64,000 nucleotides of DNA. Origin: an uncultured virus (IMG/VR IMGVR_UViG_3300009001_000010) (lineage: Duplodnaviria; Heunggongvirae; Uroviricota; Caudoviricetes). Location of the stretch: positions 1 to 64,000 of the IMG/VR virus record IMGVR_UViG_3300009001_000010, one strand, 5' to 3'. Position 1 is the stretch's first letter. Every line of letters starts with the position of its first letter. Under the pieces are notes generated by a model. The model worked only from the letters and a program-made list of their open reading frames with translations. It was not told where the DNA came from and did no database searches. This document shows, piece by piece, positions 10,749 to 21,003 of this stretch. The position numbers and the translations under genes were made by a program.

Positions 10749-12815
10749 ATGGCAACCAACTTTTTAAATAATCTAAACTATCCAATAGTAATAAATTCAT
10801 CAGCAGTAACAAATGCAGATAATAAAGAGGCTATATATTTAAACTCTGTAAAGAACAGAAATGATTTAAACAATATAAGCGCTTATATTAACACTTTATT
10901 GGTACCTGCTATGCAGGGGTTAGCTAGCGGGCCAAAGTATCCTTATGATGCCGTTGTAGATGGTATTTCAGGGCTTACTACAATTACTTATCCAGAGGAA
11001 AAAGGTAACAATCAATTTAACATTGGATTATACTGGAAAAAAGATTCAGAAACAGAACCAGGTAGACCTTGTACTATTAAGGAATCTTTTGATTATTTAT
11101 TAAGCAACTTAGTAGACAGAATTGTTGAAGTACAACAATCGACTACAGACTTAACTGAAGTTTGGGAACAAATTAGATGCAACTCTTTAAATTTAGAAAG
11201 AGTTAAAAAAGACAGTTTGGGCGAACAATATATTCTTGAATGCTTATCAAATAAGCAAAGAGAATGGGATCTTTCTAAACATATCTATGAAATTTTATTT
11301 CAACTTACAGAAGGTCATGATGAAGCTCAATTAGCTGAATTAGATTCTGGAGCTGATTATCCGAGCTTATCTATTAAAACTTCTTTATTAATTCCTGGGC
11401 CAGAAGGTCCCGCTGGGCCAACTGGGCCTCAAGGGCCTGCTGGAGTAGACGGCGGGAATGCAATATTTTATTCTAGAGAGCAATTGGCACCTACAATTGA
11501 AAATGTTAAAGAAACTACTTTAGATAAATTAAGTAGCGCTAATAACTTTAAATTTAATTCAATTGAAAATCAATTTAATATTGTTAATGCTGGTAAAGAC
11601 AGAGGATTATCTTTAGGAGAAACTTTAAATTTAACAGTTTTTGGAGATTTTCCTGGAACTGGAATACCAGATCATGGAGAAGCTAGAGCATATACTTTTT
11701 GTAGTACAGGAAGTCCCGACATAAATAGAATTATTGATTTAATTGAATACGAATCAAACGGTGTACCTTCATTAAAAAGTTTAATGCAAAATGTATCAAC
11801 TTTAAATAATAATTTAAATGCAAAGTTTATCGCACCTATTTGGAATAGAAATTATTTAACAAATAAAGTAGGGGATGAAATTTTAGCTGTAGAAGAATCT
11901 TACACGCCAATCATTGGCGTATCTAGAGATGATATAACTTATTCAGACATCACTTTTAATAGCGCATTCGTTTGGAACGAAGAAGAGTATGTTGGATTGC
12001 AAGATGATTACGAAAATGCCAATGCATTTAATTTAGGAGAAACTGCTACTTTAAAAAGACATTATTGTTCAATGGGCGAGTCACCTATAATTATGCTAGG
12101 TGAATACTTGCAAGGAGACGAAATTGTAGCAGTACCTTTTCAACTGTTAATAAATAGAGGAATACCTGTTAGATTTTTGCTTACTGGGCTGCAAGATATT
12201 GATAGTAGCGAGCCGCACCATTTTAATGCTAATGTAATAGGAATGTCTAAAAGGTATTTTGAAGAATCTATATTAGACAGTTATTTATTAGATCCAGATC
12301 CAGAAAATAATGCTCAAGAAAAAATTCAAGAACAACTTTTTAATTCTTTAAATATTATTGAAGATGATCAAGGAAATCTAGTGGGGGCCGCTTACGAAAA
12401 ATTGCCTTCTTTAATGTTTAGGGAAGATGTTGATTTTGGTAGCGAAAATAGCGATGACTTGAGAATATATACAAAAGGAAATTGGGAAAAATATATCAAC
12501 TTAAATACATTGGGAATTATTACTAATAAATCAAATTATGGAGAAGTAGAAGAAAATCCTAGATTGTTTAATGAAGATCCAAACCTTGGACTTTTAGATC
12601 TTGGAATTTTAAATTCTGATGCTAATAAAATGTGCAGCGATATTTTAAATATACAAGATGACAATTTTGCTAGTGGAATAATTTATTACCCTTACATAGA
12701 AAAAGTTTGGGAACTTTTGTTTGGAGAAACAAAAGATAAAACAAACATAACTCAAAGATTAGCTGTAGCTAAACATTCAAGACTAAGCATAGCTTATGCT
12801 AATATAAAAGTGTAA
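10749..12815 (+). CDS. Putative virion protein with short collagen-like segment
   Basis: 688-aa ORF containing GPEGPAGPTGPQGPAGVDG (~11397-11455). Confidence 0.45.
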   Translation: MATNFLNNLNYPIVINSSAVTNADNKEAIYLNSVKNRNDLNNISAYINTLLVPAMQGLASGPKYPYDAVVDGISGLTTITYPEEKGNNQFNIGLYWKKDSETEPGRPCTIKESFDYLLSNLVDRIVEVQQSTTDLTEVWEQIRCNSLNLERVKKDSLGEQYILECLSNKQREWDLSKHIYEILFQLTEGHDEAQLAELDSGADYPSLSIKTSLLIPGPEGPAGPTGPQGPAGVDGGNAIFYSREQLAPTIENVKETTLDKLSSANNFKFNSIENQFNIVNAGKDRGLSLGETLNLTVFGDFPGTGIPDHGEARAYTFCSTGSPDINRIIDLIEYESNGVPSLKSLMQNVSTLNNNLNAKFIAPIWNRNYLTNKVGDEILAVEESYTPIIGVSRDDITYSDITFNSAFVWNEEEYVGLQDDYENANAFNLGETATLKRHYCSMGESPIIMLGEYLQGDEIVAVPFQLLINRGIPVRFLLTGLQDIDSSEPHHFNANVIGMSKRYFEESILDSYLLDPDPENNAQEKIQEQLFNSLNIIEDDQGNLVGAAYEKLPSLMFREDVDFGSENSDDLRIYTKGNWEKYINLNTLGIITNKSNYGEVEENPRLFNEDPNLGLLDLGILNSDANKMCSDILNIQDDNFASGIIYYPYIEKVWELLFGETKDKTNITQRLAVAKHSRLSIAYANIKV

Positions 12816-12825
12816 GGAGAAATAA

Positions 12826-13140
12826 ATGAAAGAAGACCAAGATATAAATCTAGTTTCTTACCGCTTAAAAGAAATTGAAAATAGTTTAGACAAGCACTTA
12901 GAAAAGCTGTCTAATAAAATTGATCTTCTTTTAGAACAAGTAAATAAAACAACTATTGCTCAATCTGAAACTAAAGTAAAAGTACAAAAGTTAGAAAGTG
13001 ACGTACAAAATTTAATTAAAGCAGATGAAAATTTAAAAGAAGAAATTACAAAACTAAAAGTTACGCTTGCAGAAAAATTAGGATGGGGAGCTGTAGGCGG
13101 AATTTTAAGTGGAGTAATTTTAAAAATGTTAGGACAATAA
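12826..13140 (+). CDS. Coiled-coil protein with C-terminal transmembrane helix
   Basis: AAGGAG SD; heptad region then LGWGAVGGILSGVILKML. Confidence 0.5.
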   Translation: MKEDQDINLVSYRLKEIENSLDKHLEKLSNKIDLLLEQVNKTTIAQSETKVKVQKLESDVQNLIKADENLKEEITKLKVTLAEKLGWGAVGGILSGVILKMLGQ

Positions 13141-13141
13141 T

Positions 13142-13369
13142 ATGCCATTAGATCCAAATAATAATTTTGATAGAATTACTTTAAATAGAATTTCTAATCT
13201 TGAAGAAAGAATTAGAGACTTATTTACAGTTCAAAACAATCTTGTATCTAATGCACAAGTATCAGAACTACTTACAGCTATATCAACAGAACTTAGCGTG
13301 ATTAAAGAAACGCTAAGCTCATTAGAAAAAAGAGTAAGTATTTTAGAAGATATTCCAGAAATTAATTAA
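13142..13369 (+). CDS. Small coiled-coil protein
   Basis: 75-aa ORF, last gene of the + strand block. Confidence 0.45.
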   Translation: MPLDPNNNFDRITLNRISNLEERIRDLFTVQNNLVSNAQVSELLTAISTELSVIKETLSSLEKRVSILEDIPEIN

Positions 13370-13421
13370 CATTTAAAACTGAATTAATTTTAGTAATAAT
13401 ATCTTTAATCTTTAATTTGCT

Positions 13422-13473
13422 AGACTCTAGATCATTAATATTTTTTTGAATTTTTTTTAATGAATTAGAGTCT
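13422..13473. terminator. Imperfect inverted repeat between convergent gene blocks, possible bidirectional terminator
   Basis: AGACTCTAGATCATTAA (13422-13438) vs TTAATGAATTAGAGTCT (13457-13473), 15/17 paired, lying between the convergent stops at 13369 and 13489. Confidence 0.45.
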
Positions 13474-13488
13474 TTATTTCGTTTGCAA

Positions 13489-13800
13489 TTACACATCTTG
13501 CTCTAAGTCCTTCAACTTGTTTTTAAGGCGTGTATTTTCAGAACGTACTTTTTTAAGATCTGCTTTAAGATCAGATGCCTCTTCAGCAAGTTGAGTAAGC
13601 AAACGATTCAAGTCTTCAATTTTTTGATCAGAATCTTTTTGCAAAAGCTCTAACTCAGCTTCAAGCTCTGGACATCTAGTACATGCAGCTTGCTTAGTAT
13701 TAGATTTGCAAGAAGCCAGTTGTTGTTTAAGAGAAATGATTTCATTTTGAAGTTGAACAACTTTTTTAGCAGACGCTTGTCTTTCTTTAAATAAGCTCAT
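13489..13800 (-). CDS. Coiled-coil hypothetical protein
   Basis: Likely start MSLFKE at 13800 (just after upstream stop); heptads with a CxxC. Confidence 0.5.
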   Translation of the reverse strand: MSLFKERQASAKKVVQLQNEIISLKQQLASCKSNTKQAACTRCPELEAELELLQKDSDQKIEDLNRLLTQLAEEASDLKADLKKVRSENTRLKNKLKDLEQDV

Positions 13801-13802
13801 AA

Positions 13803-14300
13803 TTAAAATCCTGTAGGCTTGTGTGGAGTAAAAATGAGATGAGGCTCCCAAGAATCAGAATCATTATTAAATGATTGATCTTTATCTAATACCACATGAA
13901 TACCAATTTTATCTACTTTTACAGAAAGCACATTATCCATACTAATAACATTAGCGATTTGCTCTGCTAGCCACTTCTTACCTTGAACCTCCCATTGGGG
14001 GAGTTTTGTAGTATTATTAAAATCTACTACAGTAGCAACTTGAGTATTTTTATTAGAGTATGAATTAATTAAAGAAATTTCTACATCTTTAAAATGGCGA
14101 CACCTTCTAAGCCAAGTAAAAATTGCAGTAGGCAATTGTTCAGCGCTGACTAAGTCAGTTAAATTTTTACCACCTGGAATTACCATTTTAAGTTGTTTGT
14201 TAATTTTAGGACCTTGTAGTTTTTTAACTAAAGATTCTTGATTTGCAATAGAAGAATTAGTGCCTAATTGCTTGATTGCATCTGTTTTATTAATAGACAT
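13803..14300 (-). CDS. Hypothetical protein
   Basis: 165-aa ORF in contiguous - strand operon. Confidence 0.5.
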   Translation of the reverse strand: MSINKTDAIKQLGTNSSIANQESLVKKLQGPKINKQLKMVIPGGKNLTDLVSAEQLPTAIFTWLRRCRHFKDVEISLINSYSNKNTQVATVVDFNNTTKLPQWEVQGKKWLAEQIANVISMDNVLSVKVDKIGIHVVLDKDQSFNNDSDSWEPHLIFTPHKPTGF

Positions 14301-14974
14301 AAATTATCTCTTTTCTCAGATAAATTTGAAGTATATTTAAAGTTTTTGTTTTCAACGCTAGGTTTATAATAAGTAAGTTTATTATAAAGATACATTTTTA
14401 GATCATCGCCATCAAAATTATCTGGAATAGATAAGTCAATATATTTGAATGGCTCTATTATAAAATAATCAATTTCTTCAGTAGCTCTATAAAGTAAGTC
14501 TCTATTAACTTCTAAAATATATTTTCGTATAATAGAAAAGATAAACATTTTAATTTCATTAACAATATAAAACCAAAATTTCTTTTCTTTTTTATATCTA
14601 GAAGCAGGTATATGAGCTTTTTTATTTAAGTGCAAAATAAAAGCCTCAATGCATATATCTAAAAAAGACATGTTGTTATTCTTTAAATATGTGTCTAGCA
14701 AAGAGAATTTTTTTTCTAAAGTAAAAGGAGTGCCATCATCTGCTTCTAGTAATCTTAATAAAGTATAGAAAGTTATATCTTTATAATAATTTCTGTTTTC
14801 GTAACAAGCTTGCCATACTAAAAACGTAGGAAGTATTTTATTTAAAATATAACTATAACTTTTTTTACACTTATGTTTTTTAACAGCTATATACTTGCTT
14901 TGAAAAATCTCAAAATTTATATTGCTGTAAATAGGTATTACATTAGTATCTAAAGTTATAGTTTCTAATTTCAT
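14264..14974 (-). CDS. Hypothetical protein, possibly a divergent sigma-70 region-2-like factor
   Basis: LDICIEAFI...KFWFYIVNEIKMFIFSIIRK loosely recalls sigma region 2 (DLxQEAFI...KFSTY...IR); weak. Confidence 0.25.
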   Translation of the reverse strand: MKLETITLDTNVIPIYSNINFEIFQSKYIAVKKHKCKKSYSYILNKILPTFLVWQACYENRNYYKDITFYTLLRLLEADDGTPFTLEKKFSLLDTYLKNNNMSFLDICIEAFILHLNKKAHIPASRYKKEKKFWFYIVNEIKMFIFSIIRKYILEVNRDLLYRATEEIDYFIIEPFKYIDLSIPDNFDGDDLKMYLYNKLTYYKPSVENKNFKYTSNLSEKRDNLCLLIKQMQSSN

Positions 14975-15321
14975 TTATCACATGTGTCTATGTATGCATT
15001 GAAAAGATGAATCCAGTCATCTAAACGCATAGTACATAGAATGTCTTCTCTATCATCTTTTGTTATGGCTACAGGAATCTTACCATTAATATTAGCATCT
15101 TCTATAGCTTGTTTTAAAGCAGCTTTAATATTGCAACGTTTATGACGCTTAGCCTCTATATGAAATATAGGTATATCTACATCAGAAACTTCAGCTCCAC
15201 CAGACCTAGTTTGGCCTATACCTCTCTTAGCTTCAAGAGAAGTATTATCAGTTATATACTTTGCAAGCTTACGTTCAAATGCTGCACCTTTTAATCTAGC
15301 ACCTCTACCTCTACTCGTCAT
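14971..15321 (-). CDS. Holliday junction resolvase-like PD-(D/E)XK nuclease
   Basis: KGAAFER...SDVD...IEAKR motifs; likely start MTSRGRG at 15321. Confidence 0.75.
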   Translation of the reverse strand: MTSRGRGARLKGAAFERKLAKYITDNTSLEAKRGIGQTRSGGAEVSDVDIPIFHIEAKRHKRCNIKAALKQAIEDANINGKIPVAITKDDREDILCTMRLDDWIHLFNAYIDTCDK

Positions 15322-15958
15322 CTTCTTCATCCTTTTCAAAAGAGACTTCATATTTTCTTGAATCCATAACTGAATCAATTAAATTGAAATCTAAAGCTTC
15401 TTGAGTAGAAAAATAAAAAGAAGTTTTATTTTTAAAATTAAGATTCCAAACTGATTTTTTCATTTCAGTTCTTTCTCGAATAATTTTATCTGCTACTTTT
15501 TGACAATGCTCATAATAATGAGCAAAAGATTTCATACCATCGATAGAGTCTATGCTGCCGGAATGAACTACAGGTTGATGATAAAAGAAAGTAGTAGTAG
15601 GAGTAGCAATTCTATAATCAGCTGCACTTAAAATAATTAATCCAGCACTACTACATAAACCAGTAGTAACTAAAATAACTGGGCAACTAATTGTTTTGAT
15701 TGCATCATATATAGCAAGGCCATCAGTTAAAGAGCCTCCTTCTGTATTTAAATATACAGTAATTGGCTCTTCATCATTTAATTTTTCTAAATGAAATAAT
15801 TGAGAAATAAATAGTTCTGCTTTTTCTCCAGAAACTTCACCAAAAAAAGATAAAGCTCTAGTAGTATCACCAAAGAACTTATGTTCATAAGGCGACCAAG
15901 TAGAAAGATCTTGAGAAGATAGAAGTTCCTCAAGTAGTGCTTGTTTTAATTCGCTCAT
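15311..15958 (-). CDS. clpP: ClpP-like peptidase
   Basis: YLNTEGGS..DGLAIYD, GLCSSAG (catalytic Ser), FYHQP (catalytic His), EALDFNLID; the third triad Asp is not obvious. Confidence 0.85.
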   Translation of the reverse strand: MSELKQALLEELLSSQDLSTWSPYEHKFFGDTTRALSFFGEVSGEKAELFISQLFHLEKLNDEEPITVYLNTEGGSLTDGLAIYDAIKTISCPVILVTTGLCSSAGLIILSAADYRIATPTTTFFYHQPVVHSGSIDSIDGMKSFAHYYEHCQKVADKIIRERTEMKKSVWNLNFKNKTSFYFSTQEALDFNLIDSVMDSRKYEVSFEKDEEDDE

Positions 15959-16393
15959 TTAATAGCTTTCGAATATTTTTTGTTTAATGTAATCAGAAGT
16001 TATTTTTTTAGCTTCTTTGTAAGATACTTCCACATAATTATAACCGGCGTCAATTAAAAAAGTTTTTTTGCGATTGTCTCGATATTGAATATTATGAAAA
16101 TCTTTTTTAGCTTCTTCATATGGTTTATAACCAAAAAGAACCTGCTCATAATGTTGTTTACCGTGAAGCTCAATAACAGTATTTAACTCATCTATAAACC
16201 AGTCTACTGCATCGTAATTATTAGGATAAGAAGAAACCAATCCACTTAAAGGAACTTCTTGATAACATTTTAAATTTTTAAAATAAGTGTCAGTCCTAAA
16301 AAGATCTCTAAGTTTATTGTGAAATTTAGAAGCGTTCGGATAATGAAAAAACTGATCTGACCAACCGGAACGTTTATCATTTGTCATAATCAT
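15959..16393 (-). CDS. Vsr/DUF559-like endonuclease
   Basis: QEVP...VDWFI...VIELHGKQHY...RDNRKK...GYNYVEV pattern. Confidence 0.7.
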   Translation of the reverse strand: MIMTNDKRSGWSDQFFHYPNASKFHNKLRDLFRTDTYFKNLKCYQEVPLSGLVSSYPNNYDAVDWFIDELNTVIELHGKQHYEQVLFGYKPYEEAKKDFHNIQYRDNRKKTFLIDAGYNYVEVSYKEAKKITSDYIKQKIFESY

Positions 16394-16685
16394 GCCCTAC
16401 AACAATTTCTTTATCTTTAACAAAACCAATAATCCCTTTAGAAAAAAAGAAATTTAATAAATCTTCCCAAAGTTTATCGTCTGCTATTTCGTGAAATTGA
16501 CCAGTAGCGCTAATTTCTTCTAAATAAATTTTTTGAGTAGGCTCATGTAATATGCAAACAAACTCCCTAAATGATCGTTTAGCAGTAGCTAAATGAACCC
16601 AAGGGCCATTTTTGAATACATGAGTAGGCAAATTTATTCTTACTGAAGAAGCTAAAATAAAATCGCCATAAGTAGCTGTAGTCAT
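16377..16685 (-). CDS. Hypothetical protein
   Basis: ORF track 111 aa; likely start MTTATYG overlapping upstream stop (ATGA). Confidence 0.45.
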   Translation of the reverse strand: MTTATYGDFILASSVRINLPTHVFKNGPWVHLATAKRSFREFVCILHEPTQKIYLEEISATGQFHEIADDKLWEDLLNFFFSKGIIGFVKDKEIVVGHDYDK

Positions 16686-17425
16686 TTGAAACAATCCGAT
16701 CTTTTTACACAAGTAAAATTAGTGCAATAAGGTTTTATTTTGTATTGATTTAAAGCAACATAAGTTTCAAAATATTTAGTATAATGTGAAATATCTTTAA
16801 TATCTGTATCTTTAATATCAATATGCTTTAAACGATCAAGTAAAGCTTTTTTATTTTCAGATCTTATTTTTGAATAACAAATAATAGAATAGTCTATAGA
16901 TACTTTAGAAAATGTATCTTTAAGCCTTTGCTTTAAAATTAAAGCTTTGTATTCAAAAAGATCTTGCATCCTTTTTATTTGATAATCTAAAAAAGGATAA
17001 AAAGAAATACCAACAAATTTTTTAGAAAATCTTTTAGTAGTTATATCTCTTAAAATAAAATGATATTTAAAATTTACATTAACATAACTGCTATAAGAAG
17101 GTACTTCTAAATCAGATAAAATCAATCTATATTTATCAAATGAATATAACTTGTTAAAATTGTAAATAAATAAAGTAACATATTTAAACAATTGTCTCAT
17201 TTCAGGCATTTGTTCAATAGTAAAATATTTAACAGTTTTATTAAAACAAGAATAAATTCTATCGTCTAAATCTTTAAAAGGATCTTTATCTAAACTTTTA
17301 AATAAAGCTTTTAAAGTTTTAAGAGCTATTACTTGAGAGTAATCGAGTTTAATAACAGAATGACCATATACAGGAAGTAGGGGGCATTCAAAAGTAGTTA
17401 AAAATTTATCTTCAGATATTTTCAT
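16682..17425 (-). CDS. Hypothetical protein, possible degenerate Cas4-like (Cys-stapled) nuclease
   Basis: N-terminal ECP and C-terminal CTNFTC....C, arrangement of Fe-S staple nucleases; catalytic motif not evident. Confidence 0.3.
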   Translation of the reverse strand: MKISEDKFLTTFECPLLPVYGHSVIKLDYSQVIALKTLKALFKSLDKDPFKDLDDRIYSCFNKTVKYFTIEQMPEMRQLFKYVTLFIYNFNKLYSFDKYRLILSDLEVPSYSSYVNVNFKYHFILRDITTKRFSKKFVGISFYPFLDYQIKRMQDLFEYKALILKQRLKDTFSKVSIDYSIICYSKIRSENKKALLDRLKHIDIKDTDIKDISHYTKYFETYVALNQYKIKPYCTNFTCVKRSDCFK

Positions 17426-17886
17426 TTTACCAAATGATAAGTATACAATCCTGCTGTAAAAGCTAAAGGTAAGGCTATATACATGACAAGTTTGTGTTTA
17501 AATAAAGTGTTACTTAATAATTTATTTTCTTTTTCAAGAAGAAGATTTCGTTCCTCATAAAAAGCAGCAGCAGTTTTAATATCTTCTATAACTTGATCGC
17601 ATTGAGTTCTAAATAAAGATATTTTATTTTCACATAAGCGATCTTGGTGCTCAAGTTGAGCAGCCATGTCTTTATGAAGATTATCTAAAGTATCTCTAAA
17701 TATTACTAATTGATAAGGTTTAATTAAAAAAGCATGATAAGGAGCTTTTTCACCTTTAAAAATTTGATCACAACATTGCAAATCTTGATCTTCAAAAAAA
17801 GAAAAATCAAAAAGGTTTACTTGAAAAGTATCTGCATATAAATTTAAAGGCAAACTAAAAAGTAAAAACAATAAAATTTTTTTCAT
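17422..17886 (-). CDS. Envelope protein with signal peptide, coiled coil and C-terminal TM helix
   Basis: MKKILLFLLFSLPLNLYA signal; LVMYIALPLAFTAGLYTY TM. Confidence 0.5.
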   Translation of the reverse strand: MKKILLFLLFSLPLNLYADTFQVNLFDFSFFEDQDLQCCDQIFKGEKAPYHAFLIKPYQLVIFRDTLDNLHKDMAAQLEHQDRLCENKISLFRTQCDQVIEDIKTAAAFYEERNLLLEKENKLLSNTLFKHKLVMYIALPLAFTAGLYTYHLVK

Positions 17887-18203
17887 TTCTTTTTATCTCG
17901 CTTGCATTGAAGACAATCAAGTTCGTTACAAGCCTCTTCAAGGCGTTTATACTTTTTTTGAAAGGTCTCTTTATTAGTTTTGCTTTCAATTTTTACAGCA
18001 GCATCTATTTTCTGTAAACACAGATTATTAGAATCTGTTAATTGAATTTTTAAAGATTTTACTTGAGCAATATCTAGTTTACATACTTCTGAATGAGGCC
18101 TTGGTGGTCTTTTTAAAACAAAAGTATAAAAAACTATACCAAAGAAAAAACCAGTAGCAAAAACAATAGCTAAGATTTGTAAATTTTCTTTAAGTTCTTT
18201 CAT
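17883..18203 (-). CDS. Membrane-anchored Cys-containing coiled-coil protein (spanin-like topology possible)
   Basis: N-terminal TM ILAIVFATGFFFGIVFYTFVL then coiled coil with Cys residues. Confidence 0.4.
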   Translation of the reverse strand: MKELKENLQILAIVFATGFFFGIVFYTFVLKRPPRPHSEVCKLDIAQVKSLKIQLTDSNNLCLQKIDAAVKIESKTNKETFQKKYKRLEEACNELDCLQCKRDKKK

Positions 18204-18535
18204 TTAAAAGCTCCTGAATTTTTATTCTCTTTAGACTTATACATATTTTCTACATGTTTAGAAATAAATATAGGTTGCAAAGAATAATCTTTTTTAACAG
18301 CTTCTTCATATGAAAGAATATCGTACGAAGCAGCCATTGGAGCATCAGTAAGACCCTGAATAAGGCCGCGTTGAATTAACGCTTTACGAACCCTATCCAG
18401 AGTATTACCGATGTGGTTATCTCCAGCTTCTAAATAATAATATGTTTTGTTAGAGTATAAATATACACCCATTGATTTTTTTTGAGGCATTTTTGAATCC
18501 TTAATAATCTTGATCGTACTCTTCAGCACGAACAT
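18200..18535 (-). CDS. Hypothetical protein
   Basis: 111-aa ORF; true start probably the internal MPQKK after the primase stop. Confidence 0.4.
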   Translation of the reverse strand: MFVLKSTIKIIKDSKMPQKKSMGVYLYSNKTYYYLEAGDNHIGNTLDRVRKALIQRGLIQGLTDAPMAASYDILSYEEAVKKDYSLQPIFISKHVENMYKSKENKNSGAFK

Positions 18536-20993
18536 ATTTTATTTGTTTTCCATCAGTTTGTACATACCCAGAATCTTTTAGATCTCTAAAAGTCTCTGCT
18601 TCTTGCAAAGCAGATTCTCTACTTTTGGGAGAAAGAGAAACAGTCTTAGGGTCAAGATCAAGAATAAGTTTATCTTTGAAACCAGATATTTTATTCTTTG
18701 TAAAGTGTAAAAGAAGTCTAGGTTTGATATTACCTTCTTCGTCTTTCCAAAAGATTTCTGCGTGCTCTTTGCGATCGTGCATGTCATTGTAAACATGCCA
18801 AATAACGTTTGGACGATACATTAGTGCACGTGCATCTGCAAGGTCATCATCTACAGGTAAACGAAGTTTGCTGTGATCCATAGGCATATTTTTACGATAC
18901 TCAGCAGTAGCAATCATGCAAGCATGATATTTAACAGTAAGGTTCTTTTGTTGATTCGAAATCATTGTCATCCGACTAGATTGTTCCATATTCATAAAAT
19001 CCATATAGTTATGAGTATTGTCACAAACCATTAAGATTTTTCGATTAGGGTATCTATTTCTGTAATAGCGAACATTTCTTTCCAAAGTAGAAAGATTAGC
19101 GCCATCTTCAGAGTCAATAATAACAAGTCTCTCTTGCTCAATCAAATCTCTAAATATTTCATTTGCTTGATTAAAAGCAGCTGTATATTCTTCAGGCAAT
19201 TGAGATAAATGAAATTTAGGTTGAACAACCATACCAATAGTAAGAGGGATACTATCTGGAAAGGCCATTTTATAAATGTTAGTTTTAATTCTAGGTTCAA
19301 TTTGCTCATAAGAATCGTCAGTAGAGTGAATAATAACTAAAGCGTTTTCATCACTCATAGCGATATCAGTACCTATCATAAGGCAAGTAGCAGTTTTACC
19401 TGAATTAGCACGACCACCGACATACATTAAGCTGCCAGTAGTCCAAGGCATACCACCATTCATATTGTCTGCAAACTCTCTAAAATAATTCATTTTAAAA
19501 GAAGTAGCAGCTTCATCATCTCCAGCTTGCTCTCTTAGCTCTTGAATGGATTCGAATCTATTAAGCTGATAATTAATACCGATGGAATCAGTTTTAAATT
19601 CTTTTTCTATAAGCTCAATGTTTTGTTCATGCATAGCAACATGAGATCTGATATTATCTGGATCTTCAGACACAGCTCTCATATATGCTTCTGCTGACAA
19701 TTTAATTCTATCTATTTTTTCTGAAAATTTATTATTGCGAATAGCATTAACATCTGCCGTAATAGATGTAGTAGAAACAGTAGTATATTGAGCAAGCTCT
19801 TTAATAAGAAGCTCACGTTTTACTCCAGTTTCTTCTGCTGCAATAATAGGAATCATCTTTTGACAGATAACATCTGGTGTTTCACTATCTGAAAAAGAAG
19901 TAAGTTGCCAATTAAAAGCAGGTACTTTTTCTAATGAAAGATAAGTAGAAGGGTCGTCGTGATTCTTAAGGTAATCATCAACGTCCTTAACATCTTCTTC
20001 AGGTGCAGAAACTACATAAACAGAAAAACCAGAAATAGACTTTAATATGTTTTCTAAAACTCTGTGAGTAGCAGCATAACCTGCTTGATCCCAATCAAAG
20101 TTAAGATATATTTTGCGAATACCAATTTGCTTTAAAAACAATAAATGATTTTCAGTAAAAGCAGTACCGCAAACTGCAACTGCATTCAAAATACCAAGTC
20201 GATAAAGTTGCATAAGGTCGCCTGGACCCTCGACAACATAAAGACCATATTTTTTAGCTTCTCTATAAGCTACATCAATACCCATAAGAGCTTGGTTCTT
20301 TTTATAAATAACAGACTCAGGAGTATTAATATACTTTGGTAAACCATCTTCTTGATAATTTAAATTTCTACAAATAAAACCAACAGTGCGTTTACAATGA
20401 TCTTTAATTGGAAAAGTTAATTTATCTTCGCCAAAATAAGAAACATATCTAGTTCTAATTAAATTTGTAGTAGCAATATAAGAAGAATCCCACCCTTTTT
20501 CAATAAGTTTATTAATCAAAAGGTCGGGATCAATACTACCTAGAGGGACATAACGTTGAATCCAATTTCTCTCGACAGCATAATCATTATCTTGAATAGA
20601 TAAAGAACCCAAAATATCAGAAATATCTTGAGCAATTTTAAATAAAGAGATTCTCTCTCTGTCTTCTTGTGTCAAAGAACCTGGAGAGTAATTAATATCC
20701 AAGTCATCACAAAGTTGAGGAATAGTAACTTTAAGCCACTCTGGACCATTTAAAGGTAAATTATCAAAATGATTTGCAGCAGTAAATATATCACCATGAA
20801 AACCACAAGAAAAACATTTTACTGTTTCATTCGCAGTTTTTGGATTAATATGCATACTAGGATCGGAATCATCATGAGCAAAACATTTAAATTTTTTAGT
20901 AGAAGAAAAATCTTCTTTTAACTTTAAAGATAAATAATCTGTAAGTTTGGATCGTAATAAAGAAACTACTTCATCAACATCTGTGATGTACAA
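18501..20993 (-). CDS. Fused DNA primase (CHC2 Zn finger + TOPRIM) - DnaB-like helicase
   Basis: CFAH...CFSC Zn finger, KYINTPE, VVEGPGD and FDWDQAG TOPRIM motifs, Walker A GGRANSGKT; TTG start with GGAG SD. Confidence 0.9.
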   Translation of the reverse strand: MYITDVDEVVSLLRSKLTDYLSLKLKEDFSSTKKFKCFAHDDSDPSMHINPKTANETVKCFSCGFHGDIFTAANHFDNLPLNGPEWLKVTIPQLCDDLDINYSPGSLTQEDRERISLFKIAQDISDILGSLSIQDNDYAVERNWIQRYVPLGSIDPDLLINKLIEKGWDSSYIATTNLIRTRYVSYFGEDKLTFPIKDHCKRTVGFICRNLNYQEDGLPKYINTPESVIYKKNQALMGIDVAYREAKKYGLYVVEGPGDLMQLYRLGILNAVAVCGTAFTENHLLFLKQIGIRKIYLNFDWDQAGYAATHRVLENILKSISGFSVYVVSAPEEDVKDVDDYLKNHDDPSTYLSLEKVPAFNWQLTSFSDSETPDVICQKMIPIIAAEETGVKRELLIKELAQYTTVSTTSITADVNAIRNNKFSEKIDRIKLSAEAYMRAVSEDPDNIRSHVAMHEQNIELIEKEFKTDSIGINYQLNRFESIQELREQAGDDEAATSFKMNYFREFADNMNGGMPWTTGSLMYVGGRANSGKTATCLMIGTDIAMSDENALVIIHSTDDSYEQIEPRIKTNIYKMAFPDSIPLTIGMVVQPKFHLSQLPEEYTAAFNQANEIFRDLIEQERLVIIDSEDGANLSTLERNVRYYRNRYPNRKILMVCDNTHNYMDFMNMEQSSRMTMISNQQKNLTVKYHACMIATAEYRKNMPMDHSKLRLPVDDDLADARALMYRPNVIWHVYNDMHDRKEHAEIFWKDEEGNIKPRLLLHFTKNKISGFKDKLILDLDPKTVSLSPKSRESALQEAETFRDLKDSGYVQTDGKQIKYVRAEEYDQDY

Positions 20994-21003
20994 TAGAAAT
21001 CTC

